Shown: in pieces, positions 17,440-27,578 of the stretch
Position numbering within the stretch: the first letter of the stretch is position 1
Layout: every line of letters starts with the position of its first letter
Assembly (NCBI GenBank): GCA_016212085.1
Contig: JACRHL010000011.1
Location: forward strand, 64,161-128,160
Length of the DNA: 64,000 bases
Direction: 5' to 3'
Source of the DNA: Nitrospirota bacterium
Lineage (GTDB): Bacteria > Nitrospirota > JACRHL01
Translations under genes and position numbers: made by a program
Notes under the pieces: model-generated
Database searches by the model: none
What the model was told of the DNA's origin: nothing
Seen by the model: only the letters and a program-made list of their open reading frames with translations

Positions 17440-17735
17440 CGCTCGATGTTTGTTGGGGGTGGGGGCATTCCGGCCGTCTCGCCAATCATGGCACCTGGCG
17501 GCCGCCTGCGAAAGGGCGGGGTAATACTCCCGTTGCAACCGCGGCGGGTGGCGCCCCGGTGTCGCGAAAACCCGGCCGATGTCATAATGAAAACATCGGG
17601 TTGGCTTCGCATCCGGAGAGGCAAAACGATTCCAGCCAACCCCCTGGAGGGTCGTCCGCCCCGGCCACCCCCGCTTCCAGCGGGCGGTTCGGAATGGACG
17701 GATTCCGCGCGGCGTAACGGTGCCGCTCCGCTCGG

Positions 17736-17781
17736 GGCGCCTTGCACTCGGGGGCGCTCGCGACGGTTAATAGAGGCGCCC
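17736..17781. repeat. Copy B of the intergenic repeat motif, about 25 bp upstream of the fumC start
   Basis: GGCGCCTTGCACTCGGGGGCGCTCGCGACGGTTAATAGAGGCGCCC, compared with copy A CCGCCTTGCACTCACGCCGCTCGCGACGCTTATTAGAGGTGCCCC. Confidence 0.55.
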
Positions 17782-17805
17782 AGGACAAGCGATGAGACGT
17801 GGACC

Positions 17806-19215
17806 ATGAAACCCGCCGGAACCCGCACGGAACACGACGCCATGGGGCCGGTCGAGGTGCCGGAGGCGGCATACTGGGGGGCATCCACCCAGCGCGCGCT
17901 GGCCAACTTTCCCATCAGCGGCAAAACGTTCCCGCGGCCGTTCATCGCGGCGCTGGGGCTGATCAAGGCCGCCGCCGCCCAGGCCAACCATGAGCTGGGC
18001 CTGCTGCCGCCGGAGCTGGCCTTGGCGATAGCCAAGGCCGCGTGGGAGGTGGCGGATGGCCGCTGGGACGACCAGTTTCCGGTGGACGTGTTCCAGACCG
18101 GCTCCGGTACCTCCACCCACATGAACGCCAACGAGGTGATCGCCAACCGGGCGGCGGAGTTGCTGGGCGGCCGCCGCGGCGACCGGGTTGTGCACCCCAA
18201 CGACCACGTGAATCTGGGGCAGTCGTCCAACGACGTGATCCCGACCACCGTGCACCTGGCGGCGCTGCTGACCCTGCGCGACCGCTTGCTGCCGGCGTTG
18301 ACGCGGCTGGAGACCGCCCTGAACCAGAAGGCCGATGCGTTCTGGCCGGTGGTGAAGACCGGCCGCACCCATTTACAGGACGCCATTCCGGTGCGCCTGG
18401 GCCAGGAGTTCGGCGGCTACGCGGCCCAGGTCGGGCAGGCCCGCGTCCGGCTGGACCAGGCCCGGCGCGAGCTGTCGGCGGTGGCCCTGGGGGGCACGGC
18501 GGTGGGGACCGGCTTCGGCGCGCACCGGCGCTTTGCGGAACGGGCCCTGTTTCACCTGTCGGAGGCGGCGGGGGTCGCCGTCCACGAAACCGGCAACCAC
18601 TTCGCGGCCCAGGCCTCCCTGGACGGGGTGGTGGCGGCCAGCGGCGCCGTGCGCGGCGCCGCCCTGGCGCTGGTCAAGGTGGCCGGCGACATCGCCCTGC
18701 TCGGTTCCGGGCCAAGGGCCGGATACGGCGAGATCACCCTGCCGGCGGTGCAGCCCGGCAGCTCCATGATGCCCGGCAAGGTCAATCCGGTGATCGCCGA
18801 GGCGCTCATCCAGGCGTGCGCCCAGGTGGTGGGCAACGATGCGGCGATCGCCTTCGCCGCCCAGCGCGGCGCGTTCGAGCTGAACACCATGTGGCCGGTG
18901 GCGGGCTGCAACCTGGTCGGTTCCATGGAGCTGCTGGCCGCCGCCGCCGGGGTGTTCTGCGAGCGCTGCGTGGTGGGGATCACCGCCACCGGGCGTGGCC
19001 CGGCGCTGGTGGCATCGGGCCTGGCCCTGGCCACGGCCCTGGTGCCGGCCATCGGCTACGACCGGGCCGCCGCCATCGCCCGGGAGGCGGCGGAGACGGG
19101 CCGCACCATCCCCGAGGTGGCGCGGGAACGCACGAACCTGTCCGACGCCGAACTGGCCCGGCTGCTGGACCCGGCATCCATGACCGGACCCGGCGACGGG
19201 ACGGAGGACACGTGA
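17806..19215 (+). CDS. fumC: Class II fumarate hydratase (fumarase C; fumarate lyase/aspartase family)
   Basis: 469 aa. N-terminus ...TEHDAMGPVEVPEAAYWGASTQRALANF. Carries the lyase signature GSSMMPGKVNP and the SSNDVIPT motif. Confidence 0.85.
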   Translation: MKPAGTRTEHDAMGPVEVPEAAYWGASTQRALANFPISGKTFPRPFIAALGLIKAAAAQANHELGLLPPELALAIAKAAWEVADGRWDDQFPVDVFQTGSGTSTHMNANEVIANRAAELLGGRRGDRVVHPNDHVNLGQSSNDVIPTTVHLAALLTLRDRLLPALTRLETALNQKADAFWPVVKTGRTHLQDAIPVRLGQEFGGYAAQVGQARVRLDQARRELSAVALGGTAVGTGFGAHRRFAERALFHLSEAAGVAVHETGNHFAAQASLDGVVAASGAVRGAALALVKVAGDIALLGSGPRAGYGEITLPAVQPGSSMMPGKVNPVIAEALIQACAQVVGNDAAIAFAAQRGAFELNTMWPVAGCNLVGSMELLAAAAGVFCERCVVGITATGRGPALVASGLALATALVPAIGYDRAAAIAREAAETGRTIPEVARERTNLSDAELARLLDPASMTGPGDGTEDT

Positions 19216-19284
19216 TGGCAAACCCGGGGCAGCGCCCGGTTCCCACCCGCGCCGCCGGCGGAGCGGGCGCGCCGGCGGCGGGGA

Positions 19285-20439
19285 TCAGCGCACGCACACC
19301 TCGTAGATCATGGCGGCGTACAGGCGTGCCGCCTGGGCGGTCTCCTTGAGGGAGACGTGCTCGTGGCGCGAGTGCGCCACCTCCAGGTGGCCGGGGCCGC
19401 AGATGACCGCGACCGATCCCTTCTGGTGGAACAGGCTGCCGTCGGAGTGGGAGCGGAAGGCGGCGGGGGCCCAGACCGACCCGCTGCCCTCGAAGGCGCG
19501 CCGCAGCGGCGCCAGCAGCGGATTGTCCGGGGCATTGGCGTAACCGGGCGCCCAGTAGAGGTTCTCGGTCTCCAGCTCGCAGCGCGGGTGGCTTTCCAGC
19601 GCCTTGGCGCGCGCCTCCTCGATGAGCCGGTCCACCGCCGTCCGGTCGACGCCCGGCAGGGTGTGGATGTCGATGGCCACCTCGCACTCCTCGGCCACCA
19701 TGAACAGCCCCGCGCCGCCCCGGATCTCGCGCGGGTTGATGGTCAGCCCTTCGGCGAAGTAGGTCTGGTCGCCCAGTTCCAGGATGTGCTGCATCCACAC
19801 CAGCATGGCGTGGATGGCGCTGGCGCCCAGCTCGGGCAGCGCCGCGTGGGCGCGGGCGCCGCGCGCGGTGAGGCGGCACTCGTAATAGCCGTAGTGGTCC
19901 ACGCAGGGGGCGAGGCCCGTGGGCTCGCCGATCACGGTAAGGGGGGTGGTGCGCCACTCCAGCAGCGTTTCCGAGCCGTCGCCGTAATCCTCCTCGCCCA
20001 CCACCAGGGCCACGATCAGGCCGCGCTTGAACTCCACCTTGGCCTGCACCAGCGCCACCACCGCCTCGACGATGGCGGCGCAGCCGGACTTCATGTCGGC
20101 GGTGCCGAGCCCGTGCAGCACGTCACCCTCGCGGTGGATGCGCTGCTCCTCCTCGCCGATGAGCGGCACCGTGTCCACGTGGCCCACCCACATCATGGCG
20201 GCGGGCTGCGGCCCCAGCTCGACGATCAGGTTGGCGCGGTGGGCCACCGTGGGGACGCCGCTCTCGGGGATCGGCTGGCGCATGTGGCGCACGCCGCACT
20301 CGCTCAGGCGCTCCGCGAACACCTCCATGGCCGGCTCCTCCGCGTAGGAGGGGCTGTACTGCTCCACGGCGTCGAGCAGGAGCGAGGTGAGCCGCGTGTC
20401 GTCGATGCGGTCGAGTATGGGGCCCAGCGGGTCGCTCAT
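19285..20439 (-). CDS. M20-family metallopeptidase (ArgE/DapE-like deacylase)
   Basis: 384 aa with HVDTVP and GTADMKSG motifs and ...EEDYGDGSE. It is co-transcribed with the upstream GNAT gene; the two overlap by 4 nt. Confidence 0.75.
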   Translation of the reverse strand: MSDPLGPILDRIDDTRLTSLLLDAVEQYSPSYAEEPAMEVFAERLSECGVRHMRQPIPESGVPTVAHRANLIVELGPQPAAMMWVGHVDTVPLIGEEEQRIHREGDVLHGLGTADMKSGCAAIVEAVVALVQAKVEFKRGLIVALVVGEEDYGDGSETLLEWRTTPLTVIGEPTGLAPCVDHYGYYECRLTARGARAHAALPELGASAIHAMLVWMQHILELGDQTYFAEGLTINPREIRGGAGLFMVAEECEVAIDIHTLPGVDRTAVDRLIEEARAKALESHPRCELETENLYWAPGYANAPDNPLLAPLRRAFEGSGSVWAPAAFRSHSDGSLFHQKGSVAVICGPGHLEVAHSRHEHVSLKETAQAARLYAAMIYEVCVR

Positions 20440-20963
20440 GGCGTCTTGTCCTCGGCGGGGGGCGTCTTGCCCGTGCGGCGGGAACCCCGCGGCTCCTGTT
20501 TCTGGCGGCGCAGGCGCCGGTAGCTGGGGTGGGTGGTCAGGTTCTTGCTCAGGTAGACGTGGCGGTCCTCGTTGGAGAACTCGTGCTGGCGGAAGAAGGT
20601 GAGCGCCGGTTTGTTGCCCGCGTCCGTGTCGACGATCATCATGCGCGCGCCGGCGCGGATGAAGGCGTCGGTGATGGCCTCCAGCAGTTGGGTGGCGATG
20701 CCGCTCCGCTTCATCTCCGGGTTCACGGCGAGCCAGGTCAGGTAGCCGTAGCTCCAGGCGCTGTTGCGCTTTTCGATGAGGGAGCCGAGGGCGAAGCCCA
20801 CCACCTTGTCCTCGTATATGGCGACGAAGCAGAACTCACCGTCGGAGTGGAACAGCCCCACCGGCTCGTATTCGTCCCAGGTCCGGTAGAGGCTGGGCCA
20901 CAGGTCGGCGGTGAAGACGGCCTCGCCCAGGGCGTAGACCGCGGGCAGGTCTTCCAGCTCCAT
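20436..20963 (-). CDS. GNAT-family N-acetyltransferase
   Basis: 175 aa with the acetyl-CoA binding motif WLAVNPEMKRSGIATQLL. Its stop overlaps the M20 peptidase start. Confidence 0.7.
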   Translation of the reverse strand: MELEDLPAVYALGEAVFTADLWPSLYRTWDEYEPVGLFHSDGEFCFVAIYEDKVVGFALGSLIEKRNSAWSYGYLTWLAVNPEMKRSGIATQLLEAITDAFIRAGARMMIVDTDAGNKPALTFFRQHEFSNEDRHVYLSKNLTTHPSYRRLRRQKQEPRGSRRTGKTPPAEDKTP

Positions 20964-21257
20964 CTCGCGGACGGCAACCACCTTCTGCAATGGGGATCGG
21001 ATCGGTTTCGAGATAGTACCTCCAGGGGTGATCGACGCCGCGAAATTATACCCGATTCCACGACGCAACCAGTACCCCGCCGTGCGGAACCCGGGACACG
21101 CGGGCCGCCGGCGGCGGAACGGCGCCGGAGCGGCATGCCGTCGGGTGGTGGCGGGCGCCGGGAATGGCGGGGGACCCCGGCGGTTCCTTGACTTTTTCCG
21201 CCGGTTATCCGATAAGAGGCGGTCAGGGGTCAGACAATCGCAGCAGGGAACCCTCCT

Positions 21258-22796
21258 ATGCCTTTCTTGCGCCCGTCCGCCGCCCTGTCCCTCATCGCAG
21301 CTTGCCTGCTGCTGTTCATTGGCGGCACCTCCCACGCCCACACATTGCACGTCACCGACGACGCGTCGTCGGATCGGTCGGCGCATTCAAGACTGTCCGG
21401 CGACGGTGGCGACATGGTGTTGCGCGCCGCCGCCGTGCCTGATCGCGACGGGGAGGACCGCGACCGCCGTGGCCGGGACCATGGGGACGATGACGACCAC
21501 GACACCGCTGGCGCCGCGTTGGCGCTGGCCCGCTTTGACCTGTCGACGCTGGCCGCCGGCGCCGATATCGAGAAGGCCACGCTGCGCCTGTGGGTAACCC
21601 GGGTTGCCCACCCCGGCACCGTGCACGTGCGGCTGATGCTGGACGGGTGGTCGGAACGCGACCGCTACCTGCGGGCGGAAATGGACCCGGTGCCGGTGCG
21701 GTCGTTCGCCGTTTACGCGGATGACGGCGGGCGCACCCTGACCGTCGATATCACCGACGCCGTGCGTCTCTGGCGCGCGGGCGTCCTTCCCAACCACGGC
21801 CTGGCGCTGACCACGGATGATGCCAGCCTGTGGCTGGCCAGCAAGGAAAACACCGCCACCTCCCACGCCGCCGAGGTGGAGGTGGCGCTGGCGCCAACGC
21901 GGGCACTGGCGGATTCCGGCGGCTCACCCGGCTCCACCGGGCCGCAAGGCCCCACCGGTCCGCAAGGCCCGGCGGGCGTGCCGGGTGACCCCGGCCCCGC
22001 CGGCCCGCAAGGCCCCACCGGTCCGCAAGGCCTGGCGGGCGCGCCGGGTGACCCCGGTCCCGCCGGCCCGCAAGGCCTCACCGGTCCGCAAGGCCTGGCG
22101 GGCGCGCCGGGTGACCCCGGCACCGCCGGTCCGCAAGGTCCCGCCGGTCCGCAAGGCTTGGCGGGCGTGCAGGGCGACCCCGGCCCCGCCGGCCCGCAAG
22201 GCCCCGCCGGTCCGCAAGGCCTCACCGGTCCGCAAGGCCCGGCGGGCGCGCCGGGGGCGACAGGCCCGGTTGGGCCACAGGGGCTCACGGGGCCGCAGGG
22301 CCCTCCCGGCCCCGGCGGGTTGTCCGGCGTGGTGATCGGCCCGCACCTGGTCAGCGTCACGACGCCGGACGCGGTCACCCTGGACGTTGCCGGGATGCCG
22401 GGCGTGGCGTTCGGGGCCGCCTACCTGGCGAGCCCGTACATCCTCACCACCACGTGGCGCGACCCGCTCACCCTGGCCATGGACGTGCCGGCGGACGGGG
22501 TGATTCTGATCCAGTACACCCTGACCTGCGAGCTGGTGTCGGCGGGCGCGCCGGCCGCGCTGGCGAGCGGGTTTGTCAGCAACCTGCCGGTGCAGCTCAT
22601 CCCATCGGCGGACCCGGGCACGTTCCATTGCACCACCGGACCGTCGCCGCAGACGGACGTCATGCGCCAGAAGCTGTTCCCGGTGCAGAAGGGGGTGAAC
22701 AACTTCTACCTGCGCGCCGCCATGCAGACACCCACCGGCCTGGGCATGTTGCGCAACATCACCATGTCGGGCATGTATTTCCCGGCCACCTACTGA
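21258..22796 (+). CDS. Secreted collagen-like protein: signal peptide, an N-terminal beta-rich domain that may be DNRLRE/CBM96-like, about 45 Gly-X-Y triplets, and a C-terminal globular domain
   Basis: 512 aa. [29 protein letters not shown] looks like a signal peptide. [16 protein letters not shown] resembles a DNRLRE-like pattern. A long uninterrupted [19 protein letters not shown]... run follows. The roughly 150-aa C-terminal domain ends ...YFPATY. Confidence 0.75.
   Translation: MPFLRPSAALSLIAACLLLFIGGTSHAHTLHVTDDASSDRSAHSRLSGDGGDMVLRAAAVPDRDGEDRDRRGRDHGDDDDHDTAGAALALARFDLSTLAAGADIEKATLRLWVTRVAHPGTVHVRLMLDGWSERDRYLRAEMDPVPVRSFAVYADDGGRTLTVDITDAVRLWRAGVLPNHGLALTTDDASLWLASKENTATSHAAEVEVALAPTRALADSGGSPGSTGPQGPTGPQGPAGVPGDPGPAGPQGPTGPQGLAGAPGDPGPAGPQGLTGPQGLAGAPGDPGTAGPQGPAGPQGLAGVQGDPGPAGPQGPAGPQGLTGPQGPAGAPGATGPVGPQGLTGPQGPPGPGGLSGVVIGPHLVSVTTPDAVTLDVAGMPGVAFGAAYLASPYILTTTWRDPLTLAMDVPADGVILIQYTLTCELVSAGAPAALASGFVSNLPVQLIPSADPGTFHCTTGPSPQTDVMRQKLFPVQKGVNNFYLRAAMQTPTGLGMLRNITMSGMYFPATY
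21918..22330 (+). repeat. Tandem 63-bp (21-codon) repeats encoding the collagen-like region (about 4.5 near-identical units, with 9-bp sub-periodicity)
   Basis: The unit ggccccaccggtccgcaaggcc(c/t)ggcgggcg(t/c)gccgggtgaccccgg(c/t)cccgccggcccgcaa recurs with only a few substitutions. Confidence 0.8.
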
Positions 22797-22816
22797 CCGG
22801 GCCGGGCTACCCCGCA

Positions 22817-22850
22817 AGGGGCCGGGTGGCAACGCCCGGCCCTTTTTTTG
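22817..22850 (+). terminator. Rho-independent terminator after the collagen-like gene
   Basis: GGGGCCGGG-tggcaacg-CCCGGCCC followed by TTTTTTT. Confidence 0.75.
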
Positions 22851-22957
22851 GTGCCCCCGGACGGCGACCCTGGGCGGCCGCGCCCGACCTGATCGCGCCG
22901 GAGCGGGGCGGCCGACCGTTTGGGTCCACGCCCCCAAAGCCGTTACAATCGGCCCCC

Positions 22958-24109
22958 ATGCTCACCGTCCTCCACCGTGTCCCCGTTTGGCTGCCGCAGA
23001 CCGAGACCTGGAACCACACCCAGATCTCGAACCTGCCGCCGGAGCGCGTTTCCTGCCACGTGGTGTGTGACACCACCGCCAACCTCGACCAGTTCCCCAT
23101 CGCCAACCTGCACTGCCTGACGGACGACTCCGCCGCCGCCCGCCTGCTGCGCCGGGTCGCCCGCAAGACGCCGCTCTACCCCTGGCTGCGCAACCGCTAT
23201 GGCGCGGCGGTGGCGCGGGCGGCGGGGGCGCGGGTGCTGCATTCCCACTTCGGCTTCTACGGCTGGCAGGACCTGCCCCTGGCCCGGGCGGCGGGCCTGG
23301 GGCACGTGGTCACCTTCTACGGGGTGGACGTGAACAAGTTCCCGCGCCAGTACCCCGTGTGGCGCCGGCGCTACCGGGAGCTGTTCGCCCGCGTGGACCG
23401 GGTGCTGTGCGAGGGGCGCCACATGGCGGACGCCCTGGTGGCCCTGGGCTGCCCGGCAGGCAAGGCGCGCGTGCAGCACCTGGGGGTGCGGCTGGACCGG
23501 GTTCCCTATGCGCCGCTGGCGTGGCGGCCCGGCGAGCCGCTCAAGGTGCTGATCGCCGCCTCGTTCACGGAAAAGAAGGGCATCCCCCACGCCATCCGCG
23601 CCCTGGGCCGCATCCGCAACGACGTGCCGCTGGCGGTCACCCTCATCGGCGACGCCGCCGACAACCCGGACAGCCGCGCCGAAAAGCGGATCATCCTGCG
23701 CGCCATCGCCGAGGCGGGGATCGCGCCGCGCCTGCTCGGCTTCCAGCCGCACCGGGTGATGCTGGAGGAGGGGCGCCGCCACCACGTCTTCCTGTCCCCC
23801 AGCATCGAGGCGAAAAGCGGCGACACGGAGGGGGGCGCGCCCGTGTCCCTCATCGAGATGGCCGCCACCGGCATGATGATCGTGAGCACCCGCCACTGCG
23901 ACATACCGGACGTGGTGCGGGACGGGGAGACCGGCCTCCTGGCGGACGAGGGCGACGTGGACGGGCTGACGGCCCACCTGCGCGCCCTGATCGCCCACCC
24001 GGAGCGGTGGGAGGCCATGCGCCGCGCCGGCCGCGCCCACATGGAGGCGGACTACGACGCCGCCGTGCAGGGGGAGCGCCTTGCCGCCATCTATGCGGAG
24101 CTGGCGTAG
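22958..24109 (+). CDS. Glycosyltransferase family 4 (GT-B, RfaG-like)
   Basis: 383 aa from MLTVLHRVPVW with the C-terminal GT4 motif ...EGGAPVSLIEMAATGMMIVSTRHCDIPDVV..GETG. Confidence 0.75.
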   Translation: MLTVLHRVPVWLPQTETWNHTQISNLPPERVSCHVVCDTTANLDQFPIANLHCLTDDSAAARLLRRVARKTPLYPWLRNRYGAAVARAAGARVLHSHFGFYGWQDLPLARAAGLGHVVTFYGVDVNKFPRQYPVWRRRYRELFARVDRVLCEGRHMADALVALGCPAGKARVQHLGVRLDRVPYAPLAWRPGEPLKVLIAASFTEKKGIPHAIRALGRIRNDVPLAVTLIGDAADNPDSRAEKRIILRAIAEAGIAPRLLGFQPHRVMLEEGRRHHVFLSPSIEAKSGDTEGGAPVSLIEMAATGMMIVSTRHCDIPDVVRDGETGLLADEGDVDGLTAHLRALIAHPERWEAMRRAGRAHMEADYDAAVQGERLAAIYAELA

Positions 24110-24959
24110 GGTGCGGCTCGTGTCCGTCGTCATCCCCGTGTTCAACAACCGGGCGACCCTGGGGCCGGTGCTGGCCGCCCTGAACGCCCAGGACTATCCG
24201 CGCCTCGAGGTGATCGTGGCGGACAACAACTCCACCGACGGCTCGCCGGACGTGGCCATCGCCCACGGCGCCACGGTGGTGTTCGAGCGCGAGACCCAGG
24301 GCAGCTACGCCGCCCGCAACAAGGGCATCGCCGCCGCCAAGGGGGATATCCTGGCGTTCCTGGATGGCGACTGCCGGCCGCGCCCGGACTGGCTGTCCAA
24401 CGCCGTGGCCGCCATGCGGCGCGCCGGGGCCGACCTGGCGGGCGGACGCATCGACATCGAGGCCGGGGCGGGGGGCTCCGGGCTGCTGGCCGCCTACGAG
24501 CGGCTGAGCTACGTGCGCCAGGAGGAGACCATCCGCGACCACGGCACCTCCGCCGGCGGCAACCTGCTCATCGCCAGGCGGGTGATCGACGCCATCGGGC
24601 CGTTCCGGGCGGAACTGCGCTCCGGGGGCGACGGCGAGATCTGCGTGCGCGCGCGCCGCGCCGGTTTCGCCATCGTCTACGCGGGGGACGCGGTGGTGAG
24701 CCACACCGCGGTGAACAGCGTGCGCACCCTGCTCAAGCGCTACCACCGCCTGGGCAAGGGCGAGGCGGAGCTGGCCGCCTTCGGCGTGGCGCCCATCCGC
24801 GCCGGCGGCAGCTCGTATCTGAGCCGCAAGCGCGCCTACCTGCGGCGGGTGTGGGCGGAGCGGGCCCTGTCGCCGCCTGGCCGCCTGGCCATCGTCGCCC
24901 TCAACCTGGCCGCCAGCGTGGCCCAGTGGCTGGGGCGGCGCGCCGGACGCCATGCCTGA
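24093..24959 (+). CDS. Glycosyltransferase family 2. Start uncertain: ATG 24093, GTG 24111 or TTG 24081.
   Basis: [10 protein letters not shown]...ADNNSTDGS...FLDGDC are GT2 DXD-region motifs. Confidence 0.7.
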   Translation: MRSWRRVRLVSVVIPVFNNRATLGPVLAALNAQDYPRLEVIVADNNSTDGSPDVAIAHGATVVFERETQGSYAARNKGIAAAKGDILAFLDGDCRPRPDWLSNAVAAMRRAGADLAGGRIDIEAGAGGSGLLAAYERLSYVRQEETIRDHGTSAGGNLLIARRVIDAIGPFRAELRSGGDGEICVRARRAGFAIVYAGDAVVSHTAVNSVRTLLKRYHRLGKGEAELAAFGVAPIRAGGSSYLSRKRAYLRRVWAERALSPPGRLAIVALNLAASVAQWLGRRAGRHA

Positions 24960-25767
24960 ACTGCCCGAGGTGGAGACCACCCGGCGCGGCCTTTGCCCGC
25001 TGCTGGTGGGGCGCCTGGTGACCGGCGTGACCGTGCGCGAGCCGCGCCTGCGCTGGCCGGTGCCGGACGACCTGGGCACGGTGCTGACCGGCCAGGCGCT
25101 ACGGGGCATCGGGCGGCGCGCCAAGTACCTGCTGTTCCAGATGGACGCGGGCACCCTCATCGCCCACCTGGGCATGTCGGGCAGCCTGTGCGTGGTGGAC
25201 GCGGGCACCCCGCCGGGGCCCCATGACCACGTGGACATCGCCATCGAGGGCGGCACCCTGCTGCGCCTCAGGGACCCGCGCCGCTTCGGCTCCCTGCACT
25301 GGACGGCGGACGACCCGGCCGGACACCCACTGCTCAGGGAGCTGGGGCCGGAGCCCCTGGGTGATGCCTTCGACGGCCGCTACCTGTTCCGCCGTTCGCG
25401 GGGGCGGCGGGTGGCGGTGAAGGCGTTCCTGATGGATAGCCACATCGTGGTGGGGGTGGGCAACATCTACGCCGCCGAGGCCCTGTTCGCCGCGGGCATC
25501 CACCCGGCCCGCGCCGCCGGGCGGGTGGGCCGGGAGCGCTACGAGCGGCTGGCGCAGGCGGTGCGGAGCGTGCTCGCCGCCGCCATCCAGGCGGGGGGCA
25601 CCACCCTGCGCGACTTCAAGGGGGGCGACGGCCGCCCCGGCTACTTTCAGCAGACCCTGTCCGTGTATGGCCGCGCCGGGAAGCCGTGCCCGCGTTGCGG
25701 CACGGCCATCGAACTCACCCGCCAGGGGCAGCGCGCCACCTGCCACTGCCCCGCCTGCCAGCGCTAA
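24952..25767 (+). CDS. mutM: Formamidopyrimidine-DNA glycosylase (Fpg/MutM)
   Basis: 271 aa, [14 protein letters not shown]..., with a C-terminal zinc finger [25 protein letters not shown]. Confidence 0.9.
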   Translation: MPELPEVETTRRGLCPLLVGRLVTGVTVREPRLRWPVPDDLGTVLTGQALRGIGRRAKYLLFQMDAGTLIAHLGMSGSLCVVDAGTPPGPHDHVDIAIEGGTLLRLRDPRRFGSLHWTADDPAGHPLLRELGPEPLGDAFDGRYLFRRSRGRRVAVKAFLMDSHIVVGVGNIYAAEALFAAGIHPARAAGRVGRERYERLAQAVRSVLAAAIQAGGTTLRDFKGGDGRPGYFQQTLSVYGRAGKPCPRCGTAIELTRQGQRATCHCPACQR

Positions 25768-27578
25768 CGCCCCGTGGCGAGGCGGGCGTAGGCAGCTTCC
25801 AGGAACGGGGTCACGGCGCCGTTCTCGCGGGCCCGGTCCATCAGGGCGTGCGCCTGTGGTGAGCGGCCCAGGGCAACGTAAAGGCTCATCAGGTTGACGT
25901 AGGTCTGGGGGGCGCGCGGGTCGTACTCCAGGGCGGTTTCCATCTCTGCCGTGGCGCCCGCCAGGTTGCCGCCCCTGGCCATCAGGATCGCCAGGTTGAC
26001 CCGCGCGTCCACGAACGACGGCACCAGCTCCAGCGCCCGCCGGTAGGCGCGCATGGCGGTACCGGGGTTGCCCTCCCGCTCCAGCAGGATGCCCATGTTG
26101 AAGTGGCTGTGGGCGTAGGGCTCGTACAGTTGCAGGGCGCGGATGAGGGTGGCCTTCGCCTCCGCGTGGCGCCCCATCTGGGTGAGGGCGCCGCCCAGGT
26201 CCGCATACACCGCCGCCTCCCCGTCGTAGATGGCCAGGGCGGCCCGGTATTCGGCCACGGCGGCCGGATAGTTTCCGCTCGCGTGCAGGGCGGTGCCCAG
26301 ATTGGCGTGGGCGCGGAAGTTGCCCGGCGCCTTGGCCACCGCGTCGGACCACAGGGCGAGGCCGCTGCCCCACACCGGGCCCCGTGCCACGGTGCCCGCC
26401 CCCAGCAGCGCCACCAGCGGCAGCGTCAGCCAGGCCCAGCGGCGGCGCCAGCCGAACCGGCGCGCCGCCGCCTGCGCCAGCGCCGCCAGCGCCAACAGCA
26501 CGCCGGCCACGGCCGCGTAGCCCCGGCTTTCCTGCAACGGGGTGTTCATGGGCAGGATGGTGGTGGGCAGCAGCACCAGCACGAACAGGCCCAGCCCCAT
26601 GCCGAACAGGGGCACCCGGTGCCGCAGCACCCACGCCAGCACGGCAAGTGCCACCAGGCACAGGGCCGCCCCGATGGACGCCGCCGAAGCGCCGGACGGC
26701 CCGCCAAAGTCGTGCACGATGGACAGCCCCGTGGGCAGCACCGACAGGCGCAGGTATTCCACCAGCACCCGCGCCTGCAACCACAGGTTCTCGCCAATCC
26801 CGCGCGGCCCGGCGCCGCCGGCCAGCACCTTCTGGAAGTAGCGGTGGAAGCCCATGGCGAACAGGAACATCAATCCCGCCGCCATCAGCCCCAGGTCCAG
26901 CCCGAAGCCCCGCACCCCCCAGCGCCGCGGCCGGGGGGGCGGGTAGAGCAGGTCGTACAGCAGGCACATGAGCGGCACGGTGACCGCCACCTCCTTGCTC
27001 AGCACCGCCGCCACCGTGAGCAGGGCGCACAGGGCCAGCCACAGCGGCCAGGCGCCTTCGGCGCGGCGCGAGCGGGCGAAGGCGTACACGGCGGCCAGGC
27101 TCAGCACGCCGCTCTGCAACGACGAGCGGGCGGTGATGTAGTTTACCGCCTCCGATTGCAGCGGATGGGCCAGGAACACCAGGGCGGCCCCCGCCGCCCA
27201 CGGCCACGCCAGCCCCAGCAGGTTCCCCAGGGCGGCCACCAGCAGCGCCCCCGCCCCGTGCAGCAGCAGGTTGTGGACGTGGAAGCCCGCCGTGCCCTCG
27301 CCGGTGACCGCGAAATCGAGGGCATAGCTGGTGAGCAGCAGCGGCCGGTAATGGACCGCCTGCGGCTCGGACGGGGCGAAGTAGGCCTTGCCCTCCGGGT
27401 AGGCGAAGAATCGGGGGATGTTGGCCGGATCGCGCAGGGTGTGGTTCTCGGCGATGCCGTGCCGGTCGTCGAAGTGGAACGGGTTGTTCAGGGCGCCGCC
27501 GTACAGGGCCAGCGCCAGCCCCAGCAGGAGGGCGGTCAGCGCCAGCCAGCGGCGCGCCGGGGTGGAGATGGCCGTCAT
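25764..27578 (-). CDS. Integral-membrane TPR-repeat protein (N-terminal multi-TM domain, possibly a GT-C/PMT-like glycosyltransferase, plus C-terminal TPR repeats)
   Basis: 604 aa from [28 protein letters not shown] with about 10 predicted TM segments. TPR repeats follow ([24 protein letters not shown]...). Its stop overlaps the mutM stop convergently. Confidence 0.65.
   Translation of the reverse strand: MTAISTPARRWLALTALLLGLALALYGGALNNPFHFDDRHGIAENHTLRDPANIPRFFAYPEGKAYFAPSEPQAVHYRPLLLTSYALDFAVTGEGTAGFHVHNLLLHGAGALLVAALGNLLGLAWPWAAGAALVFLAHPLQSEAVNYITARSSLQSGVLSLAAVYAFARSRRAEGAWPLWLALCALLTVAAVLSKEVAVTVPLMCLLYDLLYPPPRPRRWGVRGFGLDLGLMAAGLMFLFAMGFHRYFQKVLAGGAGPRGIGENLWLQARVLVEYLRLSVLPTGLSIVHDFGGPSGASAASIGAALCLVALAVLAWVLRHRVPLFGMGLGLFVLVLLPTTILPMNTPLQESRGYAAVAGVLLALAALAQAAARRFGWRRRWAWLTLPLVALLGAGTVARGPVWGSGLALWSDAVAKAPGNFRAHANLGTALHASGNYPAAVAEYRAALAIYDGEAAVYADLGGALTQMGRHAEAKATLIRALQLYEPYAHSHFNMGILLEREGNPGTAMRAYRRALELVPSFVDARVNLAILMARGGNLAGATAEMETALEYDPRAPQTYVNLMSLYVALGRSPQAHALMDRARENGAVTPFLEAAYARLATGR

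Noticed and set aside
17513-17530. Possible left terminal inverted repeat for repeat copy B (GGGCGGGGTAATACTCC)
   Set aside because: Only weak similarity to the expected GGGCGCCTCTATTAACC. Copy B is therefore treated as a solo motif rather than a full MITE.
19249-19270. GC palindrome (GCCGCCGGCGG...CGCCGGCGGCG) between convergent fumC and the M20 peptidase gene as a bidirectional terminator
   Set aside because: There is no flanking T/A-run on either strand. GC-rich palindromes are common by chance in this genome.
21028-21597. 189-aa plus ORF and other short ORFs in the GNAT/collagen intergenic region
   Set aside because: They overlap the collagen-like gene start in another frame, have no RBS, and are low-complexity.
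25099-27207. 702-aa and 823-aa minus-strand ORFs (25099-27207 and the 5' extension of 25764-28235)
   Set aside because: Only the 25764-27578 portion has a plausible start (MTAIS...) and TM/TPR content. The upstream extension and the alternate frame are Pro/Arg/Gly-rich low-complexity sequence.
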